Below, piece by piece: positions 1 through 12,153 of a stretch of DNA of 64,000 bases. Source of the DNA: Macrostomum lignano (Eukaryota). The stretch covers positions 62,001 to 126,000 of the forward strand of contig NIVC01002658.1 of the NCBI GenBank assembly GCA_002269645.1. The letters are read 5' to 3'. A model generated the notes under the pieces. It had not been told where the DNA came from and ran no database searches. It saw nothing but the letters and a program-made list of their open reading frames with translations. The stretch's first letter is position 1, and each line of letters opens with the position of its first letter. The translations under genes were made by a program, and so were the position numbers.

Positions 1-23
1 CAATATGTTACACATAAAATTTT

Positions 24-32
24 ATCTGTCTA

Positions 33-85
<53 letters not shown>

Positions 86-94
86 GTGTCCTAG

Positions 95-173
<79 letters not shown>

Positions 174-182
174 GTGTCCTAG

Positions 183-233
<51 letters not shown>

Positions 234-264
234 GTGTCCTAGTGTCTGTCTGTCTGTCTGTCTG
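24..264. repeat. (TCTG)n microsatellite with TGTGTCCTAG interruptions
   Basis: Directly visible tetranucleotide run; explains the QTDR/SVCL ORFs. Confidence 0.97.
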
Positions 265-927
265 CTTGCACCGCAGAAGGAACCCCTGGTGCATTTTATG
301 CTTGAGCAGCAAAGCAAAAGACACGCTAAAACAAGTTGACCGCATAAAAAAACGGCATGTAAAAAAACTTTATAGAAGTGGACAGCAACAAAGAACAAAA
401 AATGGATACACAAGAGCCAACAATAACTCAAAAGCCACTTAAGCACACAAAATTGCATCTTTGCAGAAAAAGTGGCTGACTAGTTAAAGTTCAATATTAG
501 AAGACAAACGAATTCTAATCAGATTACACCAAAGTAAACCATAGTTTTTATAAACAGAATCGAATAAATTTTAAAGTAAAATTTTATTATGCCAATTAGC
601 ATTTTTGATGAAGAGAAAAGTACGGAAACGATAGGATACGGTAGATTCGTAAGATTATCAGAGATTAGATTCACCAGAACCAGAGAAATACATCAATGGG
701 AGTACCCTATATGCACAGTGAGTTATAAATCAGGTAACAGGGCATGCTATCGCAACATACGAGTAAATCGCACACTTTCTAACAAATCTTATCACTGATA
801 TAAAATACGAGCATAGGAGCGCTCGTATAAGCCAGAGAATGCAAAATACACTGCAGTTTTATTGATGATAAATGCAAAAATCTACTAAAACATATTTTAA
901 ACAAAACGCGTTGTTTATTCGAGGTGC

Positions 928-2114
928 CTAGTTCTCCGAGCTGGCGGCAGGTGAGCTGCTAGGAGCAGCAGTGGCGGCATCAGCATTGCTGCTAGGAGCA
1001 GCAGCGGCGGCATCAGCATTGCTGCTAGGAGCAGCAGCGGCAGCATCATCATTGCTGCTAGAAGCAGCAGCGGCAGCATCATCATTGCTGCTAGGAGCAG
1101 AAGCGGCAGCATCAGCATTGCTGCTAGGAGCAGCAGCGGCAGCATCATCATTGCTGCTAGGAGCAGCAGCGGCAGCATCATCATTGCTGCTAGGAGCAGC
1201 AGCGGCAGTATCATCATTGCTGCTAGGAGCAGAAGCGGCAGCATCATCATTGCTGCTAGGAGCAGAAGCGGCAGCATCATCATTGCTGCTAGGAGCAGAA
1301 GCGGCAGCATCAGCATTGCTGCTAGAAGCAGCAGCGGCAGCATCATCATTGCTGCTAGGAGCAGAAGCGGCAGCATCAGCATTGCTGCTAGAAGCAGCAG
1401 CGGCAGCATCATCATTGCTGCTAGGAGCAGAAGCGGCAGCATCAGCATTGCTGCTAGAAGCAGCAGCGGCAGCATCATCATTGCTGCTAGGAGCAGAAGC
1501 GGCAGCATCAGCATTGCTGCTAGAAGCAGCAGCGGCAGCATCATCATTGCTGCTAGGAGCAGAAGCGGCAGCATCAGCATTGCTGCTAGAAGCAGCAGCG
1601 GCAGCATCATCATTGCTGCTAGGAGCAGAAGCGGCAGCATCAGCATTGCTGCTAGAAGCAGCAGCGGCAGCATCATCATTGCTGCTAGGAGCAGAAGCGG
1701 CAGCATCAGCATTGCTGGCGGCAGGTGAGCTGCTAGGAGCAGCAGCAGTGGCATTAGCCTTGCTGGCTAAAGAAACGCCATTGCAAGCGGTGTCGCCTTT
1801 AGGGTCAACAGTGCATTTGGAGACAGTTGCCGCGGCGGCCTCAGAGGCGGCCTGCTCAACAAACAGGTCGATTCGATCAGCTTCGGCGGGGCTCAGCAGG
1901 CAGGTCTCGGTGAAGGTTGCGGTGGCGGCAGCTGTAGCGGCGGCGGAGCCGGATGCACGAGACGGCCGGCCAACCAGGCTAGCGGCGGCGATGCGGCAGC
2001 CGAGTTCCTTGAAGCAGACAGCCGCTTCTCCCGTCTTGGTCGCGTAGCTGCTGCAGCCGCCGTGGACGCTGATGCGGCAGCGGCATGCGTCGAGGCGGCC
2101 GACGCCGAGTTGGC
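928..2114 (-). CDS. CLEC16A: Probable frameshifted C-terminal extension of CLEC16A (Ala/Ser/Asp/Asn-rich, 11-aa repeats)
   Basis: Open frame (part of ORF 928..2208) offset from the conserved frame. Adding one C to the minus-strand CCC at 2115-2117 gives LGLAP-RQLGVG and an open frame to TAG at 928-930. AATAAA on the minus strand at 914-919 lies just after this stop. Confidence 0.55.
940..1752. repeat. 33-bp minisatellite (GCTGCTAGGAGCAGCAGCGGCAGCATCATCATT), ~23 copies
   Basis: 33-bp period visible. Bounded by a ~32-bp identical segment at 940 and 1714. Encodes SSN(D/A)DAAA(A/S)A(S/P) on the minus strand. Confidence 0.95.
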
Positions 2115-2232
2115 GGGCGCCAGGCCGAGCAGAGCGGCCAGACGGACGGATTTCTCGCGTCTGACACGTTGCCGACCTTTGACCAGGCGCTGGCGTGCAG
2201 CCATGCACCGGATGTGGTCGTCGAATATAAAT
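1893..2232 (-). CDS. CLEC16A: CLEC16A-like, exon 4 (as assembled; stop TGA at 1893-1895)
   Basis: Acceptor ttatttcag at 2233; phase-2 join AA|A. Encodes KFIFDDHIRCMAARQRLVKGR...LAALLGL, the conserved CLEC16A/TT9/GOP-1 C-terminal motif. Confidence 0.9.
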
Positions 2233-2375
2233 CTGAAATAAAGATGAGGGGAAATAATGAGCTGCTTTATGAGCCTAGGCCAATAGTCTCTGATCTTTTC
2301 CCTTTAAGAGATCTCATCACATTCGAATACAGAGGTCTCATATCTCATACCTCACATCTCATATCTATAGGCATA

Positions 2376-2640
2376 AACATCAGATCTATGGACATACACA
2401 TCAGATCTATAGTCACTACATCAGATCTATAGACATGAACATCAGATCTATAGACATGAACATCAGATCTATAGACATGAACATCAGATCTATAGACATG
2501 AACATCAGATCTATAGACATGAACATCAGATCTATAGACATGAACATCAGATCTATAGACATGAACATCAGATCTATAGACATGAGCATCAGATCTATAG
2601 ACATGAACATCAGATCTATAGACATGAACATCAGATCTTC
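2376..2640. repeat. 21-bp minisatellite (CATCAGATCTATAGACATGAA) in CLEC16A intron 3
   Basis: About 12 near-perfect copies, with degenerate copies extending over ~2330-2845. Confidence 0.93.
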
Positions 2641-2862
2641 GTACAGAAACATCGGATTTAATGAACGTAAACATAAAATCTATTGACATAAACATCAAAT
2701 CTATAAACGTCTATGGATGAGACATACACATCAGATCTATATTATACTGAAACATCAAATCTATAGACAAACATCAGATATATAGTCATAAACATCAGAT
2801 CTGTATGTACATACACATCCATATACTAAAAATCAGATCTATAGATACAAACGCAAACGTAC

Positions 2863-3500
2863 TTAGCGGCAAGCAGGGGCGGCCGAGGGCCCCCGTAAGG
2901 CGCAGTGCCCGGATTGTGAAAAGTGACGTGCAGACAGCGCGAATCCTCCCTATCCGAGGCCGCCTCAACGTGCTGCAGGTAGCCAACAAATTTCACCACA
3001 CCCCAGCCGAGCCGGCGAGAGTCTGGCTCAACCAGCATGGCCTGGTGCCGCACCGCGTCTACAACTAGGAAGCGCCGCTCCACTGGCCGGCCGGCCTCCC
3101 GCTCTACTCGGCAGCCAATCAGATCGCTATTGTTCAAGTCTAGCGAGTCGGCCACGCGGACGGGCTCGGCCGGACCGCCAAGCGGCAGGTCGGCATCGGA
3201 CACTCCAGGAGGGCTGGCCAGTCGCTGGTAGAGCCGACGCACCGTTAGGAACAGGCGCACAGAGCGGCGCGATCGTTCGACCTCGCCGCAGGGCAGCCGA
3301 CGGGCGAAATCGTCGATGCCGGACATTGGCGTGGCGGCCGGCGCCAGCAGCAGGCTGGAGTCCATCAGCAGCAGCTCCAGGTTGACGGGCTTCAGTCTGG
3401 CCAGCTCGTCTTCGAATAGGTCAAGAAACAGATCGTCACCCGAGCGGAAGCGCAGCTGAACGCCCAGCGTGCTGGCCTGGCTGACGGAGTCTAGCAGAGC
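2863..3500 (-). CDS. CLEC16A: CLEC16A-like, exon 3
   Basis: Acceptor atctgcag at 3501, donor GTACGT at 2862. Encodes ALLDSVSQ...LFLDLFEDE...LLMDSSLLLAPAATPMSGIDDFARRLPCGEVER...RFLVVDAVRHQAMLVEPDSRRLGWGVVKFVGYLQ...LHVT. Confidence 0.92.
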
Positions 3501-3647
3501 CTGCAGATATATTTAAATATGTATACTGTTTATTTGTTTGACAATGCGCGCAACTGCCTACTGAAAGTACGGTAGTATGTGAAATCTATAGGTTGAATCT
3601 ATGTATTGAAAAACATACATAATAAATAACCAATGCTCATGCTCGCC

Positions 3648-4395
3648 CTATGCCTGATTCATATGAGTGCCAGTGCATCCTATGCCTGATTCATATGAGT
3701 GCCAGTGCATCCTATGCCTGATTCATATGAGTGCCAGTGCATCATATGCCTGATTCATATGAGTGCCAGTGCATCATATGCCTGATTCATATGAGTGCCA
3801 GTGCTGAAATGGCCTGATTTATACGAGTGCCAGTGCATCCTATGCCTGATTCATATGAGTGCCAGTGCTGAAATGGCCTGATTTATACGAGTGCCAGTGC
3901 ATCCTATGCCTGATTCATATGAGTGCCAGTGCATTCTATGCCTTGATTCATATGAGTGCCAGTGCTGAAATGGCCTGATTTATACGAGTGCCAGTGCATC
4001 CTATGCCTGATTCATATGAGTGCCAGTGCATCCTATGCCTGATTCATATGGGTGACAGTGCATCCTATGCCTGATTCATATGAGTGCCAGTGCATCCTAT
4101 GCCTGATTTATATGAGTGCCAGTGCATCCTATGCCTGATTCATATGGGTGCCAGTGCATCCTATGCCTGATTCATATGAGTGCCAGTGCATCCTATGCCT
4201 GATTCATATGAGTGCCAGTGCATCATATGCCTGATTCATATGAGTGCCAGTGCATCATATGCCTGATTCATATGAGTGCCAGTGCATCCTATGCCTGATT
4301 CATATGGGTGCCAATGCATCATATGCCTGATTCATATGGGTGCCAGTGCATCGTATGCCTGATTCACATGGGTGCCAGTGCATCCTATGTTTGAT
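3648..4395. repeat. 32-bp minisatellite (TATGCCTGATTCATATGAGTGCCAGTGCATCC) in CLEC16A intron 2
   Basis: About 23 tandem copies with a few variant units. Confidence 0.94.
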
Positions 4396-4488
4396 CTATC
4401 CTATGCTATGGTTAAAAATCCTGAAATTTTCTAAATCCTAGAAGTAGGCTAGTAGGCTAGGCTAAATAATAAAGTACAATCAGCCCAC

Positions 4489-5670
4489 CTGCTGGCGCAT
4501 CGAGCCGGCAATCTCGGCATTCTCAGACGTGGCCAATCGGTCAATGAGCTCGGCTGCCAATTCAGCTGTTGCCAAGCGAATCCGAGAATTTCCTTGGCAG
4601 GCGCTGGCAAGCAGTTTTAGCAGGGCCTCGGCCAGGCGGCCGGCACTGCCGGACACAACCCGTTCAATAGACTGGCCGTGCAAGCCGGGACTCCGGGCCA
4701 GCGAGTGCAGCAGGCCGAGCGAGTGCAGCGCAAACGAGTCGGCATCGACCGAATCTGCCGAATTGGCGGCGGCTTCCAAGGCGGACAGCAGAGCCTCGAG
4801 CAGGCTGCCCGATTGGGGCGTCTGCGCCAGCTGCTGAGGCACATCGTCAAGAGCGTCTTCGAACGTGTCGCCTCCGCTGCCGTCCTCTGAAGACGAGGCC
4901 AGGTCGGCAGTCGCTGCCGCCTCCTCGTCCGGCAGGGAGCCCTGCCGCTGGACGCTGCCATCCTGCCCGACTCGAATGCCTGGCCGAGGTCGGCCGGCCC
5001 GTTTGTCAAGCGCTTCGGCCAGACTCTCGGCCGGCCGGACGAATTCCCGGTTGCGACAGGCGGCCAGTCCGGTCAGAGCGGCGTCAAGCAGGCGCCGACA
5101 AAGTGGCGGATGGTGTACAGCCAGGTAGAGGTGAGCCAGCAGGTAGGCGGCTAGGGAGCGGTTGACGCCAACGCTGGTGGATGCCGAGCTGGGGTCGCCG
5201 CCAAGCAGGGAGCGCACAGTCAGCGGCAGCAGGAGACCGTCAACCAGATAGTCGGTCAGGGTGGCGTTCAACGCTTCGATGCCCAGACGGAGAACGTCGC
5301 CAATGTAATGCAGCTGGTCCAGGTGCTCGGAGACCAGGTCGGCTAGGCGAGCCCTGGCGGTGTGATCCGACCGGATGCAAGCGTCCATCTCTAGCGCGTG
5401 GCTGCCCATCACCCAGACCAAATTGGAAAAGTAGGGCCCGGCTGATTTCTCGCGAATATAACGCATCATGGCCTTATCGTCAACCCTATAGACATTGAGG
5501 GTGATGGTGCGAACGGCTATGCGCACCATGCTCTCCGGGTGGTTGAAGAATTTTATGGCCTCGGTGTACAGAGCGAAGTCGTTAGTGTGCTCATTGTAGA
5601 AGAAGTGAATTGTGTGCTTGTTCAGCTTCAGCGATAGAGTCTTCAGAAACGATATGTAGTAGGCCATCAC
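4489..5670 (-). CDS. CLEC16A: CLEC16A-like, exon 2
   Basis: Acceptor ctttgcccag at 5671, donor GTGGGC at 4488; 1182 nt, phase 0. Encodes VMAYYISFLKTLSLKLNKHTIHFFYNEHTNDFALYTEAIKFFNHPESMVRIAVRTITLNVY (FPL domain). Confidence 0.95.
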
Positions 5671-5940
5671 CTGGGCAAAGAGAGGGTGGGTAAAACTTGA
5701 CACTTCAACTATATTTTTTAATCACTTGACTCAATAGTTTTTATGCCCCATCAATTACTCCAACTTAAAAGTACATCCGTGTTCTCATAATCACTCCTAT
5801 TTAAAAGTAGGCCTAAGATTAAAAAAAGATTTTAGAGAGCCAAGAACCCCTATAACAGGTTTTTTGTGCAATAAAGATGCTATAGCATCCTGACTCTCCT
5901 GACATTTGTAGCACATCAATGTGCCTAATCACTCCTATTT

Positions 5941-6428
5941 AAAAGTACATCAATGTACCCAATCACTCCTATTCAAAAGTACATCAGTGTGTCCAGAATC
6001 ATTCCCATTGAAAAGTACATCAGTGTGCCCAGAATCATTCCCATTGAAAAGTACATCAGTGTGCCCAGAATCATTCCCATTGAAAAGTACATCAGTGTGC
6101 CCAGAATCATTCCCATTGAAAAGTACATCAGTGTGCCCAGAATCATTCCCATTGAAAAGTACATCAGTGTGCCCAGAATCATTCCCATTTAAAAGTACAT
6201 CAGTGTGCCCAGAATCATTCCCATTCAAAAGTACATCAGTGTGTCCAGAATCATTCCCATTCAAAAGTACATCAGTGTGTCCAGAATCATTTTCATTCAA
6301 AAGTACATCAGTGTGTCCAGAATCATTTTCATTCAAAAGTACATCAGTGTGTCCAGAATAATTTTCATTCAAAAGTATATATGTGCGCCCAGAATCATTC
6401 CCATTCAAAAGTACATCAGTTTGTCCAG
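5941..6428. repeat. 36-bp minisatellite (AAAAGTACATCAGTGTGCCCAGAATCATTCCCATTG) in CLEC16A intron 1
   Basis: About 13 copies; a diverged related unit lies at ~5767-5810. Confidence 0.94.
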
Positions 6429-6498
6429 TCAAGAAGCTCTTCCCTTAAAACTTATATAAGCTATTGGCATTGCTGACAAAATAGACCATTTCGCATAC

Positions 6499-6918
6499 CT
6501 CTTCATCGTTGAAGTCGAACTTCTGACAGATAATTGAGTTAACATGGTTATTAGACAGCAGATAATACACTGAAGACTCCTTGCTGATGTTCTCAAACAG
6601 AATGCTGAGGGTCTGAAGCAGCTGGACGCAGATGAACTGGCCAGACTTCTGCTTCATATAATTAAGAAAGAATGACAGCAGACTCTTCTCAAGAAAGAAG
6701 TCAAACACTGTATCGTCATTCTGATCTCCCCAGATTAAAATTTCGGACATCGATCGCAGGGCCTCAACTACTAGGCTCCGATTCTGCTCAGTGACATTTT
6801 GGTTTTTGCAGAGCACGCCATACAAATACTTGAGATACTCAAGTGAGTGTGGATTCTTCGACTTCCACAGCTGGCCAGAGGAGAAGAATCCGCCGCCTTT
6901 GCCCGAGCGTGAGAACAT
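6499..6918 (-). CDS. CLEC16A: CLEC16A-like (FPL-domain endolysosomal protein), exon 1
   Basis: ATG at 6918, donor GTATGC at 6498, 140 codons. Encodes KNPHSLEYLKYLY..L.KN..VTEQNRSLVVEALRSMSEILIWGDQNDDTVFDFFLEK...VQLLQTLSILFENI, a clear CLEC16A N-terminus. Confidence 0.95.
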
Positions 6919-9781
6919 GAGAGCGAGGGCTGGTCTGGCTGCATGACAAGAAAATTGGAAATTTAATTAAAATTACTCGTATATCCTTTATCCTAAAAAA
7001 GTAACCAATAATTAAATAAATGCAAACATTTATGAAAAAGATAATAAAACTCTTTGTGTAACCCTTTTCATATTGTTATCTTAATTTATATCAAATCTTA
7101 CATTAAATACCTTTCATTCAGAATTAAATTTCCTTTTTTTAAGTTTTGATACTTAAATTATGGCAAAACAAATCAACAAAGTACTAAAAACTGTCAAATA
7201 AAGGCTTTCTAGATAAAAAAAAATTTTTTGTAGAAAAATTTCCTACTAGCTAGGTAAAACTTGAGGTTGCAGGTGTATGTTAGTTTTTATTTAATTAGTG
7301 TAGTTAGTAACCTTTATGCCAAATGTACAACTTTGACTTCACCTTTTCTATCATCAATAATTACTTTCAATAGCATTTCTCTATATTCTTATAATGTCTA
7401 ACCCCATTAGCTATATTATTATATATGCTCAATAATAAATTAATAATATATATCAAGATGATAAACTATAATAACAAAACCTCTACTAATACAATATTTA
7501 TTAATGCAAAAACTATTTAGCCAATATCAATTCCTTAGCTCTATTGATGCTTGCTTCTATCCAAGTTAGAATATATTGTAAATCTATCTAAAAATCTATG
7601 GCCAGGGGTACTCAAATAATAACTCATTATACTAAATAAAAAGCACATTAAAAAATAGGACTGTTGATCCTATACCATAGTGTAGATAATGCTAATTGCA
7701 TGTCTAAACAAGAATTGAATGATGGCCAAATGTATGCTAATGTATATCAAAAAAGTTTTTAGTACATACCAGCTAAAAATCAAAAATATCTTTTATAATA
7801 TTTTGCCTGATGCCTGTTAATCATTCTATACTAGTTGATATAAATTCAAATGTACAAAGCAAAGCTTCAAGAATTTATGCCTAAAATGAACATTTTCTAT
7901 TTATTATATAAACTTTTCCATGTGATTGCATAAAGTGTAGGGTTATAATGCAAAGATAATAAATGATTTTATATATATTAAAAATAAAATAGTCCATTAA
8001 ATTCCCCCATAGTCAGGTTTATGGCATACATATGCCAGAACAAATCCTATAAAAAAGTTTGATTGCACTATGCACTACAACTATTCCTATCAAATAAGTT
8101 TGCTTTGCTATATCATATGCCAGAACATTTTTATGAAAAAATACAAGAACACAAAAATCAATTTTTCTATTTAAAAAATACTTATAAAACATGTATTTGA
8201 ATCTATTTCATAGCAAATTCAATGTTAATATACTTTATTTGAAAAAATCTATCAATATAGATATACTATTAAACAAGAAAGTGCTAATTTTCTATCTATA
8301 AAATTATTGTTCTGCTAAAAAATTTTCTTGCCAAATTGTACCAGCTTTTTTTGTCTTGTACCATACTATACCAGATTTCCCTCTTCCCATCTGCTGTTGC
8401 ACCAGAATGTGCTAGCATAGTTACTTGTTCAACATCTTTTTGTGCCATAATTTTATGAAAAAGGCCATCTTCCTAACTATGGCAATGCCCTGGAATTTAT
8501 TAGTCTTTATTTTATTTTAATTTATTAATTTAAGTAGAATTTATTACTTAAATTATAAATTCTAGGGCATTGCCCTAGATGTGCATCTGATAAGCTTAGA
8601 ATTTGACTATTAAAATGTTTAAACAATAGGCCTAAGACTAAGCTACCACAATGTAATCAATAATATTAGACCTCTCAGTTTATGCCTATACTATATTATG
8701 CTCTACTTTATATCATATTTATTAAATTAAAAATGATACAATTGGCCATTACACCCTATACTTAAAGGCAAGACTCTAGGCAAGATACTTAAGACTCTTA
8801 AGTATAAAATCATAAAATAAAAAAGATAGGCCTAGTTAACATACAATGTACATAAAATGTTTTACATAAATGAAAAATAGGCTATCCTGCAGAATTGTTC
8901 ATTAAATTACTTTATCGTTATTTAAGTGATTCTTAGCAATCTTAGCATTTGAATTTGAGGAGTCTAAAAAAGCTTACTAAGAAATAAAGAATCACACCAT
9001 AATAATGATAATATTAAGTATTAGAATAGAACTTAGCAAATTAAATTGTAAAACTCAGTAATGGTTAGGCTAAAAATCTCATTAAATAGAAATTCATTTC
9101 GCCATTTAAATAAATAATTTAAATAAACTAATGAAGCTAAGCTACTTGTTACTTAAATAATCACCAAAGTTGCTAGTTGCTACTTACTACTACTAATTAC
9201 TACAGAAGATTAATTAATTGAGAAATGAAACTCTGAATTAATAGCAGCTTAAGTCTAGTTAGCCTCAATTCCACTGGTTTACATATACTAAATGTCTAAG
9301 ATTTGTCTCTCCGCCTAAATTTAAAGCCTATAACATTCTAGTCACAAGTCACTTGCACACTAATTCAATGTCGAGAATTGATTTCTTGTAATTATTACTT
9401 TTAAACGACTGAAAGATTTCTACTCGGCTCGTCATTGCATGTTAAAACAAAGTAGCAGAAAAATATACGTAACCTTTTTACCACAGTTAAAAATTGTATC
9501 TGTTATTGCTTAATGCCTAACATTCAATTCTTCATAAACTACAAATATTCTTCAGTTAAAAATCAGCTGATTTTTTAAACATTTTTAAAAGTTATTGGTA
9601 TCTTTGCTGTGATTTATCAACTTTACCAACTTTACCTGGCAAGGTACCTTTTGGCCTTTGCTGGTTATCCAGTAAATTAACTACTGCATAGTGCATACCA
9701 GCTTTAAAAGCCTACTATCTTACTATAAATTTGAAGTTTGAAAATTTTCAAGATTATGTACTATATTTTAATATAAATCAA

Positions 9782-9961
9782 ATGGGAAATTGCCTTCGGA
9801 ATTGTCTTTCAACTGATCAAGTTAGGCCCAATAGCGGTTCCGACTTTTTTCCTGATAGTAGAAATCAAGCGTCTTCCGAATCTGGCATTGTTATCAATCC
9901 GATTGTGGATCAATTACAAAGGGGTACAAGGCGCTCATCTCATAATTCGGATGGAGTTCAA
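9782..9961 (+). CDS. RNF11: RNF11-like RING-H2 protein, exon 1
   Basis: MGNCL start as in RNF11 (acylation motif); 60 codons; donor GTGAGC at 9962; phase 0 matches exon 2. Confidence 0.8.
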
Positions 9962-10847
9962 GTGAGCTTTTTGCATTTAAACTAGTTTCTTTTTTATTTT
10001 TTCATTCATCGTTGTTCATTTTCTAGTAGGTCTGTAAATATCGTCTGTGATATTTGAAGACAGATAGATTTTATTTACTGAATCTAGATAGATTTTTATG
10101 TAATTTTTTATAACTTTTTTGTGCATTTAAATAATAATAAATTATATATTCTTAATACTTTTGACCTTGGCTTTGAATTAGCAATTATGCCAACTTGGTA
10201 TTAAGCTTTGATATGCAATAAAAAAGTTAGTCTACTTATTTTTAAAAGGCATCTGATAATCATAACAATTATTTTGTACTACTTTATATTTTTGCAATTG
10301 TTTCAATGTCTCTTATTAAAATATATCTTAATTGGATCTAAATGAAATAGAAATATTTTATATTTTCTAATTTCTATTTTTAATCAAGCAGACATAATCT
10401 TATGGTATATATATTTTTTACATTTTTTATTATGTTAATATTGTAAGTTTATTTTTTCTTTATTAAGATTTAGCTAAATTTGATATTATAAATAGTCTAT
10501 GGTTTATTTGAATAAATCCAGTTCTAAAATGTCATAGACAGAACTAAATAAAGAACTCATTTATGTATAGCTTTATTTTCATAGTGACTATACTAATATA
10601 AAAGGTTTACTAAATTGTGTTAATAAGTTATCATTTTGCTTTATTTACAAACATGGCAAAGCTTTTATAATTTAAGCTAATAACTTAGACTTATAAAAAG
10701 TTTTGCAAGTTTTTATGAGAAAAGTATCATATCTAGGTCAAATTTATAGGCTTGATATATTTTGCACTCTAGTAAACATGTTTGTTGGGTAAGATTTTGA
10801 CTACTATCACAATGAATCTAATCATCCACCTTATCTCTACTCTGCAG

Positions 10848-11008
10848 GACCCAGCGCCACTTTATTACCTGGCCCCAGGTGTAGGGCGCCGGGTTGACCA
10901 GCTGTCTGAAGAGGAGCAGGTGCGCATTGCGAAAAGGATGGGGCTGATTGGCCACCTGCCAATTCGGCACTACAGCTGCGAAGAGGACGACAAAGACAAC
11001 AATCCTGA
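10848..11008 (+). CDS. RNF11: RNF11-like, exon 2
   Basis: Acceptor ctctgcag; encodes QLSEEEQVRIAKRMGLIGHLP (RNF11 signature); donor GTGCGT at 11009, phase 2. Confidence 0.92.
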
Positions 11009-11540
11009 GTGCGTGTCTTTGTATTTCCAGATTGACCTGAGTAAAATCGCATGCCTAATCCAGTTTTTACTAGATATGGCCTTAACACGAGTTGTATTGT
11101 AGACTAACCTGTGCGCTGTGTACCCTTCACCGGCTGCTATGATAGTGCAAACAATACTTTCAAATCATAGGGCGTTGTCCAGCAGCCCTGCGCTGCAGTC
11201 TCGCTGACGTGCGTGCCTAGATTTCAACTGGCTGTTTAATTCTACGCTATTAAAGAATATTCTGCACTGGATAAGATGCGTCTAATTCTAATTTTAGCCA
11301 GTTATATCTAAGAGCAGATCTGCATTCTGGGCATTGACAATAGCAGGGGCTGGGTGACTGCGCCGGCTTCAGCCGCAAGATTCAGCTGTTTTATTCATTG
11401 TTGGCTTCACTTGTGCATTTGATGGTCAAACTGTATGCCTAGGAGAGTTCAGCTTTTTTCTACCTAGTACTATAGTGACCCCTAACTTCTGTTATGCAAG
11501 AAGGAAACCAGCTTCTGGCCCGCATCCGTCCACCTTCCAG

Positions 11541-11724
11541 GTGCGTGATCTGCATGGTTGAATACGCCGAAGGTGACCCGCTGCGGTGCCTGCCCTGCGG
11601 CCACGGCTATCACCGCGCCTGCATCGACGACTGGCTGATGCGCTCCTGCGCCTGCCCCTCCTGCAACCGGCCTGCCGATCCGGCCCTGCTGAACACCTTC
11701 AGCCCGCAGTCCACTGACCGGTGA
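11541..11724 (+). CDS. RNF11: RNF11-like, exon 3 (RING-H2)
   Basis: Acceptor ccttccag; GA|G join gives ECVICMVEYAEGDPLRCLPCGHGYHRACIDDWLMRSCACPSC (C3H2C3); stop TGA. Total protein 174 aa. Confidence 0.93.
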
Positions 11725-11915
11725 TGATGAATAACTGTGCCCCTTGCCGCGCAGAGGTGCGCTTAGCTACCTTGAAAGTTTCCTACAGGAAGTGATGTCC
11801 CTAATTAAGCATTGAGAACATGTTTGTTTCATCTGCGTCTGTCTGTCTGCCTTATCAGTCGTTTGTTTTGATTAGCTTTAGGTGTCGTACTATATATGTT
11901 TAATTAGGCCTGCAG

Positions 11916-12153
11916 CAGGGGCGTCACCACCGGGGGGGGAGGGCATGCCAAGGCTTTGTTCCCCAGCCGTCCCACCTTGTGACCAGTTGTGGAAATCAGT
12001 AATTTTGCTTCGGGGCGCCAAAATATAGCGTCTGTGGCGCCAAAATGAGTGCTAACAACTACGATTCTCAAAATATGTACATGTAGGAATTTAGTCATGT
12101 ACATGTAGAATTCTTGGCTTCCCCCCACCACAAGATCCATGGCGACGCCCCTG
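11916..12153. mobile_element. hAT-type MITE (238 bp)
   Basis: 14-bp TIRs CAGGGGCGTCACCA / TGGCGACGCCCCTG (1 mismatch); flanks GCCTGCAG / GCCTAGAG resemble a decayed 8-bp TSD. Confidence 0.7.

Noticed and set aside
915-2047. ORFs 915..1754 (-) and 971..2047 (+), poly-Leu/Ala proteins
   Set aside because: Alternative-frame or antisense readings of the 33-bp array.
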